IMG/VR virus record: IMGVR_UViG_3300022602_002290
Coordinates: 1 to 61,151 of that record
Length of the DNA: 61,151 nucleotides
Direction: 5' to 3' (one strand)
Origin: a virus
Taxonomy: Duplodnaviria > Caudoviricetes
Shown here piece by piece: positions 6,242 to 16,002 of this stretch (positions within the stretch are counted from its first letter, which is position 1; each line of letters starts with the position of its first letter). The translations under genes were made by a program, and so were the position numbers. The notes below the pieces were generated by a model. The model worked only from the letters and a program-made list of their open reading frames with translations. It made no database searches and was not told the DNA's origin.

Positions 6242-6350
6242 GCTTGTTCTGTAACGTGAGTTACGGAGCAAGCGTGCCGCAAGGCGCCTGATTCGACTAT
6301 GAAAAACCGTCTACCGTTAAAATTTGCGCTCTGCGCTACCGCTTCGCGGC
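6242..6350 (+). ncRNA. Intergenic structured RNA element with GNRA-capped hairpins
   Basis: 14-bp stem GCTTGTTCTGTAAC-GTGA-GTTACGGAGCAAGC with two G-U pairs, then GTGCC-GCAA-GGCGC, and later CCGC-TTC-GCGG; no U-tract. Confidence 0.5.
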
Positions 6351-6372
6351 ATCATTTGCTGGCATAACGCTC

Positions 6373-6966
6373 ATGGATTTACCAAATAATTCTATCAATG
6401 TTCGAGACAATATCAAACTCATAGCCAAGAGCATGTTCCCTTGGGTAGCGGGTGGAACTGTGCTGGAATTGGGTCCTTTTGATGGCTCGTTCTTTACTGA
6501 GCTCCTAAGTGGGCAAAGTTCGGGCTATACGGGCATAGAGTTAGATCCTGATGCCTGTGCTAGATTTAGAGAGTTATGGCCACGCTTACATCTTATAGAA
6601 CAGGATTGGGCCTATGCTGTTCGTGCTCCGGGTCGCTATGACTGTGTTGTGCTATTTGGAGTGCTCACCCATACTTCTAACCCTCTGGGCCTGTTGGAAG
6701 ACATTGTGCAGTATGTCAAGCCTAATCGTATACTACTAGAGTCGGAGCCTGGGTCTACTGTGCGCTGTGTACAAGAGGCCCTGAATACTCCAGGGCAGGG
6801 TCAGGCGCTAAGACCTCACTCGGGTCTTAGCATACAACTAGGTATAGAAGTCTATCGTTATGCTATGAATAGCCTGGGCTATGTAGAAAGGGCCCATTAT
6901 CCGGGCCCTCCTGTTGGGTTCAAATCAGACTGTTGCTATAGTGTATTTGAGCGGATCAATACTTGA
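6373..6966 (+). CDS. Class I SAM-dependent methyltransferase
   Basis: VLELGPFDG motif I and YDCVVLFGVL.H motif. Confidence 0.85.
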   Translation: MDLPNNSINVRDNIKLIAKSMFPWVAGGTVLELGPFDGSFFTELLSGQSSGYTGIELDPDACARFRELWPRLHLIEQDWAYAVRAPGRYDCVVLFGVLTHTSNPLGLLEDIVQYVKPNRILLESEPGSTVRCVQEALNTPGQGQALRPHSGLSIQLGIEVYRYAMNSLGYVERAHYPGPPVGFKSDCCYSVFERINT

Positions 6967-7639
6967 GATATCTTCTTACTGTTTTCTTCATACGCCTTTC
7001 CCATTTATCAAAATGTTCGGGCTCCCATAATGTACTGTGCCATCTAAAGCCGTCCTGCTGAAAAGCACTGAGCTTTAGTCCGATCGCGCTTTCATTGTGT
7101 TTACGCCTATTGAGATTGGCCAATACCTGCTTACCGGGCATTTTGTAACTGCCTATTAACTTATTTTCAGTACGATCGATCATAACAAGGTAAGTGTCGC
7201 GGTTCTTGCTTTTGAATGTTGAAGATGTCATATTCACTGTGTCAAACTTGCCTTCGAAATGGCTGGTAATTGACCTTTTACTGGAACTGTTGTCTAGATG
7301 TGCAGGATTATAATACAGGCCTCCCCTAATACCTAGGGCCAGATCATCTTGATTAACACCGCAGACTTTAACTTCTACATCTGTAAGATAGTTAACGCCG
7401 CCTTGTGAATACCACATGTAGCCATCTGCTCCTTGCTTTTTAAGACTGGGTATGGCTCCTATTGCTGTACAGCCTAGAATATCACTGTATTTGCTAAGAA
7501 CTGTGTCAAAACACAACTGATTAGTGGTTGTACCCTCCCAGAATGTAAACCCATCTAGATTTATAATTCCAGTGTCCATGCATTGTTTGACAATGTTGAC
7601 ATTTTTCTTCTTTACTGCCAAAAACTGTTCTGCATCCAT
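6956..7639 (-). CDS. PD-(D/E)XK nuclease, restriction-endonuclease-like
   Basis: GADGY...DVEVK catalytic pattern; has its own sigma70 promoter. Confidence 0.55.
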   Translation of the reverse strand: MDAEQFLAVKKKNVNIVKQCMDTGIINLDGFTFWEGTTTNQLCFDTVLSKYSDILGCTAIGAIPSLKKQGADGYMWYSQGGVNYLTDVEVKVCGVNQDDLALGIRGGLYYNPAHLDNSSSKRSITSHFEGKFDTVNMTSSTFKSKNRDTYLVMIDRTENKLIGSYKMPGKQVLANLNRRKHNESAIGLKLSAFQQDGFRWHSTLWEPEHFDKWERRMKKTVRRYLKY

Positions 7640-7672
7640 GATATCTTTCTATAAAGTTGTTAAACTAGACAT

Positions 7673-7701
7673 AGTATACGGTCAGAATAAAACTATGTCA
7701 A
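7673..7701 (-). promoter_or_regulatory. sigma70-type promoter TTGACA-N17-TATACT
   Basis: TTGACA tagttttattctgaccg TATACT. Confidence 0.8.
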
Positions 7702-8390
7702 CCGATTTTGGCGATCGCTTGTTCAGGAGTTAGACAGTAAAGCTTCTTGAAACGCTCATAGTATTCTGTTTCTGTAAGGGCGTTGAATTCCCATGTGATA
7801 AGGTCCCTATTGGCCTTGCTTAGGTTTTCATCTAGGCGGGCTAACTTGCTTTCTAAGGGTGTAGTGCGTGTCATCCAACCCGTACCCTGGCTTGCACCAA
7901 ATGCACGTAATTGGGTATACTTGCGGCCCCTGTATTTGATCTCGTCTACCAGCTCTTGTTTAGATAATACAAATAGCTCGTAGTTAGTAGGGCTCCACGC
8001 TTTGAAGAACACATAGTAGGGTACATTCTCGTAGAAACGGAATTGCTTGCCCCCAATGCTACCCCCATCACGTAGGATAACTTTGAGCTCTGCGTTATTG
8101 TGGCCTAGAGTCTTGCCAGGGCCTACCCAGATATCACCGTAGTCATGCCCACGGTCTTGTTCTGGAATGTCTTGGCTTTGTAGTTTGGCACCCTTGAGCA
8201 AGTGGGCCACCCAGCCCTCGATATACTTCTCAGCTTGCTTGCCTGATAGGGTGTTGTAGATAACCCACATGTCAGGGTAGGCCAGCTCATAATACTCAGA
8301 GCTGGAGCCTATCTTTTTTCTGACTGCTTGGAGTTGTGTTAGTACTGCTCTTGCTTCTGCTAAGAGTTTAGAATGGTCCGTTGTTTCCAC
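7698..8390 (-). CDS. PD-(D/E)XK nuclease, restriction-endonuclease-like
   Basis: Helix E (GKQAEKYI), YGD...AELK and QFR motifs. Confidence 0.55.
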   Translation of the reverse strand: METTDHSKLLAEARAVLTQLQAVRKKIGSSSEYYELAYPDMWVIYNTLSGKQAEKYIEGWVAHLLKGAKLQSQDIPEQDRGHDYGDIWVGPGKTLGHNNAELKVILRDGGSIGGKQFRFYENVPYYVFFKAWSPTNYELFVLSKQELVDEIKYRGRKYTQLRAFGASQGTGWMTRTTPLESKLARLDENLSKANRDLITWEFNALTETEYYERFKKLYCLTPEQAIAKIG

Positions 8391-9189
8391 GTTCGCCGAT
8401 TACCCATGGGTTACGCCATAGTTCAACGCCGGGTAGGCTTTGCACTAGATAGCGTTGGTTGATAGCTTGCGCTATGGCCGCACCCCAACCTGGAGTGCAG
8501 ATGACTTGTTGAGCACCACTAATCCACTGTGCTAATTCTGCCACGTGCTTATAGCCTACACGGGTCATCTTGATACCCGTAACAGCTACCCACTCTTTGT
8601 AATCTGCTTCTGAGCCCAAGAATGTGCTCATGTTGCCTAGACCCTGCTGGGCCCATGCACTATATGTATCACGTGCTTCCCAGCCCGATCCTGTAACAAC
8701 AATACCCTTGCCTGTAGGACGGCCCACGTTGGCAGGAATGTCTAGCCAGCTGGTCATTTTGATCATGTTCCATTGGCTCCAATGTATGTTGCATACTTTG
8801 CCAAAACGGTCCATAGGGTGGCGATTGAAACGGTTGTCCATGTCTACTGTATAATCGATCTTGTCCAAATCCCAATCAACGATCTCACCAGTCCAAGGCT
8901 CAATGCTACGAACGTATGAACAGTTCTGGGCTAGGCTTTGGATGATTTCGATATCTTCATCATTTAGGCGCCCTGCTAGATCTGGAGGAGCCGCATGACC
9001 CATATAGTATTGATGTTTGGCTGATAGCAGGCCTTTAGCAATACGTACATGGCCACCCCCTAGGGCTCTTACATAAGCAAGGGCCTGGATAACTTCTAAG
9101 GGTGTTCCGGATATTTTGAATGTTTGTTCAGAGGGTACAGTCTCTGGGTTGAAATTTGGGTTTTGGGTGTGATCGATTTGTGTTAGCAT
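8368..9189 (-). CDS. Divergent glycosyltransferase family 9-like protein
   Basis: LAQWISGAQQVICTPGWGAAIAQAI resembles the GT9 C-terminal motif; TAAATA 5 nt before the ATG. Confidence 0.5.
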   Translation of the reverse strand: MLTQIDHTQNPNFNPETVPSEQTFKISGTPLEVIQALAYVRALGGGHVRIAKGLLSAKHQYYMGHAAPPDLAGRLNDEDIEIIQSLAQNCSYVRSIEPWTGEIVDWDLDKIDYTVDMDNRFNRHPMDRFGKVCNIHWSQWNMIKMTSWLDIPANVGRPTGKGIVVTGSGWEARDTYSAWAQQGLGNMSTFLGSEADYKEWVAVTGIKMTRVGYKHVAELAQWISGAQQVICTPGWGAAIAQAINQRYLVQSLPGVELWRNPWVIGERGNNGPF

Positions 9190-9250
9190 GATTTTATTTA
9201 AGTATCACTATTACTATCTATTATACATTCTGAGCTTTAAATAGTCAACT

Positions 9251-10429
9251 ATGGATCAACCAAAAATATATTCTAAAACGGGCAGGCTCCCTCATAGCAA
9301 GTTTAGATTGGACAGTATCAAACCCTTACGCTACTGCGAATTCAAAAGACACACTATCTATTACTATCAAGTCTATGACCTGCTAAATCACGATGTGCAG
9401 ATGTCCAACTGCTTAGAAGAAGAAAATTGGACACATTTCAAGTTGGACAAGACAACCAAATTTGTGTATGAAAATAACAACGAAACATTTGACCGCAGAT
9501 TCGTAAATGAGTTGGCTGTATTAATAACCTTACGTGAACTGCCTTTGGACAGGGTCTATGTTATTGTAGTAGATGATATACACGCTGAGTTCCTACGATC
9601 TGGGCTAGAAGAATTAGGCATCACAGGAGTTAAGATAGCGGCCACATATCAAAGCATTGTGCTTACAGAAGTTCCAGAACCACAAGAGCCCATGTATAAG
9701 TTTTGTTGTCTTAGCCGTAACTACAGACCCTGGCGGTTGCGTTTGTTTGCAGATCTAGTCAACAAGGGCTTGATTGATGATTTTATCTATAGCTTTCACA
9801 ACATACAACCCTATGGAGTTCCTGTGCAATACAGTCTATTGCATTTAGCACACGATCTAAAAAAGCAGGGCATAGATGCAGAACAAGAGCCCCTAGCATC
9901 CTGGCTCAAACAAGTGCCCTATGACATTGGTGGGTCTATACAACAAAAGTTCCACAACGCTACCTACTCTGCGATACAGCATGCAGATATCAATCTAGTG
10001 ATAGAAAGCAAATTCAACCCTAATGAATATAGACGGCATGCGGCCTATGACCCTAGCTATCAGCCTGTGTTTCTAACAGAAAAAACATTCAAGGCCATAG
10101 CCTGCGCTAGACCCTTTATCATGTACAGCGTACCCGGCACACTTAAAGCCATACAATCAATGGGCTTTAAAACCTATAACGGTTTGATAAACGAAGACTA
10201 TGATGATATTGTTGATAATGAGCAACGCCATCAAGCCATACTAACTGAAATAGATCGTATCTGCAAGTTAAGCAAACTAGACTATGCTAATATGATGGCA
10301 GTATGCATACACATCGCAGAATACAATCAACGAGTATTCAAACGTCTAAAGGAACAAGCGGTATGGACAGAAGAAAACTTTCCTGATTTCCTGTGGCTGA
10401 ACAAATTCAAATTAGAAATGCAACAATGA
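9251..10429 (+). CDS. Glycosyltransferase-like protein (LTEKTFK motif, GT10/GT-B-like)
   Basis: NLVIES...FLTEKTFKAIAC.RPFI...MGFKTY...EDYD; paralog of 14725-16002. Confidence 0.55.
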   Translation: MDQPKIYSKTGRLPHSKFRLDSIKPLRYCEFKRHTIYYYQVYDLLNHDVQMSNCLEEENWTHFKLDKTTKFVYENNNETFDRRFVNELAVLITLRELPLDRVYVIVVDDIHAEFLRSGLEELGITGVKIAATYQSIVLTEVPEPQEPMYKFCCLSRNYRPWRLRLFADLVNKGLIDDFIYSFHNIQPYGVPVQYSLLHLAHDLKKQGIDAEQEPLASWLKQVPYDIGGSIQQKFHNATYSAIQHADINLVIESKFNPNEYRRHAAYDPSYQPVFLTEKTFKAIACARPFIMYSVPGTLKAIQSMGFKTYNGLINEDYDDIVDNEQRHQAILTEIDRICKLSKLDYANMMAVCIHIAEYNQRVFKRLKEQAVWTEENFPDFLWLNKFKLEMQQ

Positions 10430-11169
10430 TCAACCTCTACGACTATTTTAACAATTTACATTTAAAATACAATCCGCAAGAATATCACTTGGACTATATT
10501 CAAAAGAAACCTGTTCCCTATTTGGTTCTAGATGATTTCTTGCCCGATGATCTACTGGCCCAGGCGCAGAAAGAAATAGCACAGATACCTGACTATCAGT
10601 GGACTAAGTTTACACGCAAGGGCAGTCTTATGCGTGAGTGTAAGATATTCTCACATGCTCCTGTTATACAAACGCTGACACATTGTTTTAACAGCGGTGT
10701 GTTTCTTAATTGGCTAGAACAACTAACAGGCAAAGATAGGATCATCAGCGATCCCAAATTAGTAGGTGCTGGACTATCAACTTGCAGTCGTGGACACTTT
10801 CTTAATCTACACACAGACTTTAATTGGAATGAGCAACTGCATCTAAACCGTAGCTGTAGTGCTATCCTATACCTAAACCCTCAATGGGCTGAAACATGGA
10901 ATGGCGCATTAGAGTTTTGGGATTTCGAACGTACGGAATGTTTGGTAAAAACATACCCTATGCCAAACAGGCTGATCATATGGGACTATGATGAAAGACT
11001 CATACACGGATACCCCGCACCCTTAGATTGCCCAGCGGATCAACAGCGTGAAAACCTACGCTTGTTTTATTACAGCAGTAACTCAACACCCGTAAGCGAT
11101 CCACATCGCAGTTTATATTGGTGGGATGATAAAACCAAAACGCCATTTGACAATCGCAACGAAAGATAA
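10426..11169 (+). CDS. 2OG-Fe(II) oxygenase (prolyl-hydroxylase-like)
   Basis: LHTDFN...LYLN..W...W.GALEFW...HG...R motifs; ATGA overlap. Confidence 0.85.
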   Translation: MINLYDYFNNLHLKYNPQEYHLDYIQKKPVPYLVLDDFLPDDLLAQAQKEIAQIPDYQWTKFTRKGSLMRECKIFSHAPVIQTLTHCFNSGVFLNWLEQLTGKDRIISDPKLVGAGLSTCSRGHFLNLHTDFNWNEQLHLNRSCSAILYLNPQWAETWNGALEFWDFERTECLVKTYPMPNRLIIWDYDERLIHGYPAPLDCPADQQRENLRLFYYSSNSTPVSDPHRSLYWWDDKTKTPFDNRNER

Positions 11170-11175
11170 TATACT
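11147..11175 (+). promoter_or_regulatory. sigma70-type promoter TTGACA-N17-TATACT
   Basis: TTGACA atcgcaacgaaagataa TATACT upstream of the gene at 11194. Confidence 0.75.
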
Positions 11176-11193
11176 ATTCATACAGGAGATATA

Positions 11194-11403
11194 ATGTTAA
11201 AACCAACAGCAAACTATAAAATGAGCAAACAGCTCAAAACATCATTGGCTCTGAGCCATATGCAAGATCCACACCAAAAGGGTGAATGGAAACGTGCTAT
11301 GATACAGGCAGAATTGTATGGCGCTCTTGCTCCAAAGAAAGAAAAGCGTGAATACAAAGGTACTAACACACCTTTAACTGACGTTGTAGCAGATAGTGAA
11401 TAA
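11194..11403 (+). CDS. Hypothetical phage protein
   Basis: 69 aa, RBS AGGAG, own promoter. Confidence 0.75.
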   Translation: MLKPTANYKMSKQLKTSLALSHMQDPHQKGEWKRAMIQAELYGALAPKKEKREYKGTNTPLTDVVADSE

Positions 11404-11428
11404 TATACCTACTTATTGTTCAAAACGA

Positions 11429-11461
11429 GTCATTTTGGCCCTATTTTAGGGCCGATATGAC
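11429..11461. terminator. Intergenic inverted repeat (terminator or regulatory hairpin)
   Basis: GTCAT..TTGGCCCTA-TTT-TAGGGCCGA.ATGAC. Confidence 0.45.
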
Positions 11462-11541
11462 AAAATAAAGTAACTAAACTTACCCACAGAGGATTTTTAC
11501 ACACACAGACCGCAGTATACAATCAAAAGGAGGACACGATT

Positions 11542-12252
11542 ATGTCAATAACACAACGATTTTTTGGAGTGTTAGTAGCAGTATACGCCCTGACCGTAAT
11601 GGCACCCGGTCATGCAGAAGAGAGTTATCAGGTAGCATTATCAGATGGCTCTAGTTTTACAGCACAGGACTTTATAGGAATGGCTGAAGACAAAGTACAG
11701 GCAGTAGCAAGAACTATTGCGAATCCTGTAATCAATCAAAGAGAGTTAACTTGCCTTGCTAAGAACATATTTTATGAAGCAGGCAACCAACCAGAAGAAG
11801 GCAAAGTAGCCGTAGGTCTTGTAACACTTAACCGTGCTCAAGATGGCAGATTTAGTAACACCGTATGTGGTGTTGTTGATCAGAAAGCAGTCTTCGAAGT
11901 TCCAAGAACTCGCACAGTGACTAAACAGGTCAAGGTCGGATGGTTTGGTAAAACAGAAACTCAAACAGAAAAACAAACAACATGGCTTAAGGCCAGCGTT
12001 TGCCAGTTTAGCTGGCGTTGCATGTTTGTCAGACCCCCTATGAAAGATGACGAGCGTTGGGTTGAAAGCCAACGAGTAGCTCGTGAGCTTTTAGCGGATG
12101 AAGAGAATTATGAGTCTCTCAGAAACAAGTATTCTGATGCACTTTATTTCCATGCTACGGCGATTAAACCATCGTGGGCTAGGACTAAAGAACGAGTCAG
12201 TAAGATTGGCGGTCACATCTTTTACAAGGAGCGTGAATACGCTAAATATTGA
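11542..12252 (+). CDS. Cell wall hydrolase (SleB/Hydrolase_2 family) with an N-terminal signal sequence
   Basis: CLAKNIFYEAG.Q..GK.AVG.VTLNR, QFSW and ALYFHA...IGGHIFY; RBS AGGAGG. Confidence 0.9.
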   Translation: MSITQRFFGVLVAVYALTVMAPGHAEESYQVALSDGSSFTAQDFIGMAEDKVQAVARTIANPVINQRELTCLAKNIFYEAGNQPEEGKVAVGLVTLNRAQDGRFSNTVCGVVDQKAVFEVPRTRTVTKQVKVGWFGKTETQTEKQTTWLKASVCQFSWRCMFVRPPMKDDERWVESQRVARELLADEENYESLRNKYSDALYFHATAIKPSWARTKERVSKIGGHIFYKEREYAKY

Positions 12253-12253
12253 T

Positions 12254-12505
12254 ATGAGAGCCATTGAATTCATATCAGAAATCGCAAACCCAACCCGAAG
12301 CCAATGTAAAAGTGGCAACACAAAAAGCCGTGTTCGCTACAACCAATGCGTTAGCCTAGGATACTTACCACATGATTCAGACCACACAGATGGTACTGGT
12401 AAACAAGGTGAGAAAGGATCCGGAGTACACCTAAGAGGTAAGGAAGGAGCCAAAGGGCAAAGCGAAAGACACGGCGGCAAAGTCAAAGACTACAGCGGCA
12501 AATAA
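12254..12505 (+). CDS. Small basic late protein (possible head-packaged protein)
   Basis: Start MRAIEFISE, 5 nt after TAAATA; G/K-rich tail. Confidence 0.65.
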   Translation: MRAIEFISEIANPTRSQCKSGNTKSRVRYNQCVSLGYLPHDSDHTDGTGKQGEKGSGVHLRGKEGAKGQSERHGGKVKDYSGK

Positions 12506-12515
12506 GGAGAAAACA

Positions 12516-12626
12516 ATGGTCTTAATAGACACATACCTCGCAGAAGTCATGCGAGTCCAAAAATCAATTGCTGAAACATTACACTTGGTAATTGTTGATA
12601 TCTTTAAAATAAAACCCAAATCATAA
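12516..12626 (+). CDS. Small hypothetical protein (36 aa, MVLIDTYLAEVMRVQKSIAETLHLVIVDIFKIKPKS), not in the ORF track
   Basis: RBS AAGGAG directly after the upstream stop. Confidence 0.55.
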   Translation: MVLIDTYLAEVMRVQKSIAETLHLVIVDIFKIKPKS

Positions 12627-12664
12627 GATACAGCTTTAGACTGAACCCCTAGATAATTAAGAGT

Positions 12665-13417
12665 ATGAAAATAGTTTTAGTTACTGGGGGTTTCGACCCT
12701 CTCCATTCTGGTCATTTAGATTTATTTTACAAAGCCCGCGACCTTGGCGATAGACTCATTGTTGGAGTCAATAGCGATGCTTGGCTTGAACGCAAAAAAG
12801 GCCGTGCGTTTTTAGATCTGCGTACTCGTGTAGATATCATACAAAGTTTAAGTATGGTCTACGGTGTTGATATTTGGGATGATAGCGACGGAACTGCTAT
12901 AAAACTGCTTGAAAAAGTAAAAAGAGAAAATCCTAACGACACTATCATATTTGCTAACGGCGGAGATCGTACAGCAAATAACATTCCAGAATTAGTTGTA
13001 CCTGATGTTATTTTTAAGTTCGGTGTCGGCGGAGAGGAGAAAAAGAATTCGAGCTCATGGGTCCTTGAAGAATGGAAAGCACCTAAGACTGAACGACCTT
13101 GGGGTTACTATCGAACCATATACGATATTCCTGGAACTAAAGTCAAAGAACTTACTGTTAATCCTGGAGAATCTCTTAGCCTACAGCGACACAGACAGAG
13201 ATCCGAGTTTTGGCATGTTGCCCAAGGTCGATGTGCAGTTGAGCAACGTATGGCCGGGGGTTACTCATTACCTACACTAACGTTAGATACACAACAGCAG
13301 ATAGTGATTCCACAAAACGAATGGCACAGATTATATAATCCATTTGAAGAGCCTTGCCGAATAGTAGAAATACAATACGGAACTGAATGTAGCGAGGAAG
13401 ACATTGAGCGAGATTGA
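12665..13417 (+). CDS. Cytidylyl/adenylyltransferase (RfaE/TagD-like) fused to a mannose-6-phosphate isomerase-type cupin
   Basis: TGGFDPLHSGH (HxGH) N-terminal domain; RPWG...LSLQRH..RSEFW...HRL.N...EIQYG C-terminal domain. Confidence 0.9.
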   Translation: MKIVLVTGGFDPLHSGHLDLFYKARDLGDRLIVGVNSDAWLERKKGRAFLDLRTRVDIIQSLSMVYGVDIWDDSDGTAIKLLEKVKRENPNDTIIFANGGDRTANNIPELVVPDVIFKFGVGGEEKKNSSSWVLEEWKAPKTERPWGYYRTIYDIPGTKVKELTVNPGESLSLQRHRQRSEFWHVAQGRCAVEQRMAGGYSLPTLTLDTQQQIVIPQNEWHRLYNPFEEPCRIVEIQYGTECSEEDIERD

Positions 13418-14750
13418 TCGCATTCGTAAAGTAATACCAATAGTCAATGAAGTAAGTCCTACATTCTGTTTGGCTAAATGGCATCATACAACTATCTATT
13501 TGCAAAGCGGGCAAACACATAGTTGTTATCATCCACGACCACATACTATACCTTTAGATCTATTAGCTGAAGACCCTAGCGTCTTGCACAACACACCTGG
13601 TAAAAGACAAGAACGCAAACTAATGATAGATGGCAAAAGACCTAGTGGTTGCCAATACTGTTGGAACATAGAAGATCTAACAACAGATCATATTAGTGAT
13701 AGACATGAGCGTAACGCAGGTATCTATACAGAAGAAAGACTAGGAGCTATTCTCAAGGATCCTCTAGCTCCTGTAAATCCAGAATACATTGAAATATCGT
13801 TTGGTAATGAATGCAATTTCAAATGCGGATACTGCCATCCAAAACATAGTTCTGCTTACCATAAAGAGATCAAAGACTTTGGTCCGTATACGATGGTAAA
13901 GAATCATCGCAATGATATAGACTATCTACATCTGTATGAAGAAGAAACTAATCCATATGTTGATGCATGGTGGGCATGGTGGCCTGAAGTTAGCAAGACT
14001 CTAAATATCTTGCGAATAACGGGTGGGGAACCTTTGTTGCAAAAATCAACTTGGAAATTATTAGATGATCTGGCTGTTAACCCTAAACCTAATCTTGAGC
14101 TTAATATTAATAGTAATCTTGGCATCAAGCCTATTATGATGGAACGCCTAGTCGAAAAGGTAAATGCTTTGATTAAAGACAAAAAGATCAAACACTTTAA
14201 ACTATTCACAAGCATAGATACATGGGGCAAGCCTGCAGAATACATTAGAACAGGACTAGATATCAATGTGTGGGAAAAGAATCTTGATACATATCTAACC
14301 AAAACTAAACAGCCTATTACTTTTATGTGTACGTTCAATATACTAACAGTAACCAATTTCCATTTGCTGTTAAAAGAAATAACAAGATGGCGTAAGAAAT
14401 ACAACAGTTGGTTTAGTCGTAAACAACGTATTAGGTTTGATACTCCTTATCTAAAAGAACCTTTGCAGTATGATATGAATCTGTTGCCAAAAGAAGAATT
14501 TATGCCTTACATGGACATTACTTTAGAGTATATGCAAAGAAACAAATTCTCGACACTCGAATGTGAAAAATTCAGTCGTGTTGTTGAGTATATGAGAACT
14601 ACAACATATGAAGATACAAAAATTATTGAGGGTCGCAGAGACTTCTATAATTGGTTTACTGAATACGACTGCAGACGCGGTACGGACTTTCTTAAAACCT
14701 TTCCAGAACTCGCAAGATTCTATTTTGACTGCAAAGCCCTTTCTTCTTAA
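13404..14750 (+). CDS. Radical SAM protein with an N-terminal SPASM/twitch-like Cys cluster
   Basis: CNFKCGYC and GGEP; N-terminal FC..W...SC...GC.YC. Confidence 0.9.
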   Translation: MSEIDRIRKVIPIVNEVSPTFCLAKWHHTTIYLQSGQTHSCYHPRPHTIPLDLLAEDPSVLHNTPGKRQERKLMIDGKRPSGCQYCWNIEDLTTDHISDRHERNAGIYTEERLGAILKDPLAPVNPEYIEISFGNECNFKCGYCHPKHSSAYHKEIKDFGPYTMVKNHRNDIDYLHLYEEETNPYVDAWWAWWPEVSKTLNILRITGGEPLLQKSTWKLLDDLAVNPKPNLELNINSNLGIKPIMMERLVEKVNALIKDKKIKHFKLFTSIDTWGKPAEYIRTGLDINVWEKNLDTYLTKTKQPITFMCTFNILTVTNFHLLLKEITRWRKKYNSWFSRKQRIRFDTPYLKEPLQYDMNLLPKEEFMPYMDITLEYMQRNKFSTLECEKFSRVVEYMRTTTYEDTKIIEGRRDFYNWFTEYDCRRGTDFLKTFPELARFYFDCKALSS

Positions 14751-16002
14751 TTTTTCTTTTGAACGCAATCAAGAAGATAGTTTAGAAAACTTTATAGACT
14801 GCCCAGATGTTAATCCGTCAGGGTTGAGTCGATTCCATCCCTGCATATTAGCTACTGTTACTCTTACCTATGATCATTTAGAACAAGATGTATTGCTGTA
14901 CACCAAACAAAACTTTACATTTGGACAACAGCCTAGTCCTTATGTTATTGCATCTGGAGTTAGACATCATCCAGATAACTGGACTACACCTAAAGGCAAG
15001 AAGAATTTGTTTGAATGGTTGAATCCAACATACCTAAAAGATTTGCAGGAAGGCCATGCTGTATTATTGTTAGATCAATGCTTAGAAGGATACCATACTC
15101 CTTATTTGTGGCAATGGTTTCACGATAGCTGTTCTAAATATAATGTTCCTCCTGAAGCGGTTGTGTATGTCACAGGCAACTGGAGAACCGCAGATGATTA
15201 TCAACAATGGGCAGGTAATAAATCTAATAAGATTAAAACAATACCATATACTCATTTTGAATCCTATGTCAAGTTTATAACAGACAAGCATAACATAAGG
15301 TCAGACTGGAATGATAATATCAAATACAAACAAAACAATAAGATAAAAACATACAACTGTCTACAAAAACGATTACGAACACATCGCATTTGGTTTTATG
15401 CAGAACTATACAAGGCTGGGTTGTTAGATCAGGGACTGGTTAGCATGAACGACTATGGCCCGCATGTAAATGGCCTAGACGGAAGGGCTCCTAATAATTT
15501 ACTTCTGCAGAAAGCAAGAACCGTGCTACCTTTAGAAGTCTACGGCAAATCAAATGTCCGATTTGATGACAGCTATTACATAGATAGGATTGTAGATCAA
15601 GTGTATAAAGACACTTGGGTAACTGTAGTAAGCGAGCCTATATTTGCAGATAGCGACAATGCACTATTCATTAGTGAAAAGACTTTTAAACCTATAGCAT
15701 GTATGCATCCTTTTATCATACTAGGTGGTAAAGGTAGCCTACAGGCCATGCGAGATATGGGCTACAGAACATTTGATGGTTTTATCGATGAAAGCTACGA
15801 TCAGTTGTCGACTTTTGAAAGGATAGATGCTATAATCAAAGAGATCAAGAGAATAGATGCTATAGAAGATAAACTAAGTTGGTTTAAAGGTATGAAAGAA
15901 ATATTAGAACACAATTACAATACATTCCACGAGTCTAAAAACAAAAGACCGACGGCCTCTACTGAATTTGTAAATTATTGCAAAGGATATTTTAATGTAT
16001 AA
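14725..16002 (+). CDS. Glycosyltransferase-like protein (ISEKTFK motif)
   Basis: VVSE...FISEKTFKPIAC.HPFI...GYRTF..FIDESYD; start uncertain (TTG 14725 chosen; the ORF is open from 14608). Confidence 0.55.
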   Translation: MTAKPFLLNFSFERNQEDSLENFIDCPDVNPSGLSRFHPCILATVTLTYDHLEQDVLLYTKQNFTFGQQPSPYVIASGVRHHPDNWTTPKGKKNLFEWLNPTYLKDLQEGHAVLLLDQCLEGYHTPYLWQWFHDSCSKYNVPPEAVVYVTGNWRTADDYQQWAGNKSNKIKTIPYTHFESYVKFITDKHNIRSDWNDNIKYKQNNKIKTYNCLQKRLRTHRIWFYAELYKAGLLDQGLVSMNDYGPHVNGLDGRAPNNLLLQKARTVLPLEVYGKSNVRFDDSYYIDRIVDQVYKDTWVTVVSEPIFADSDNALFISEKTFKPIACMHPFIILGGKGSLQAMRDMGYRTFDGFIDESYDQLSTFERIDAIIKEIKRIDAIEDKLSWFKGMKEILEHNYNTFHESKNKRPTASTEFVNYCKGYFNV

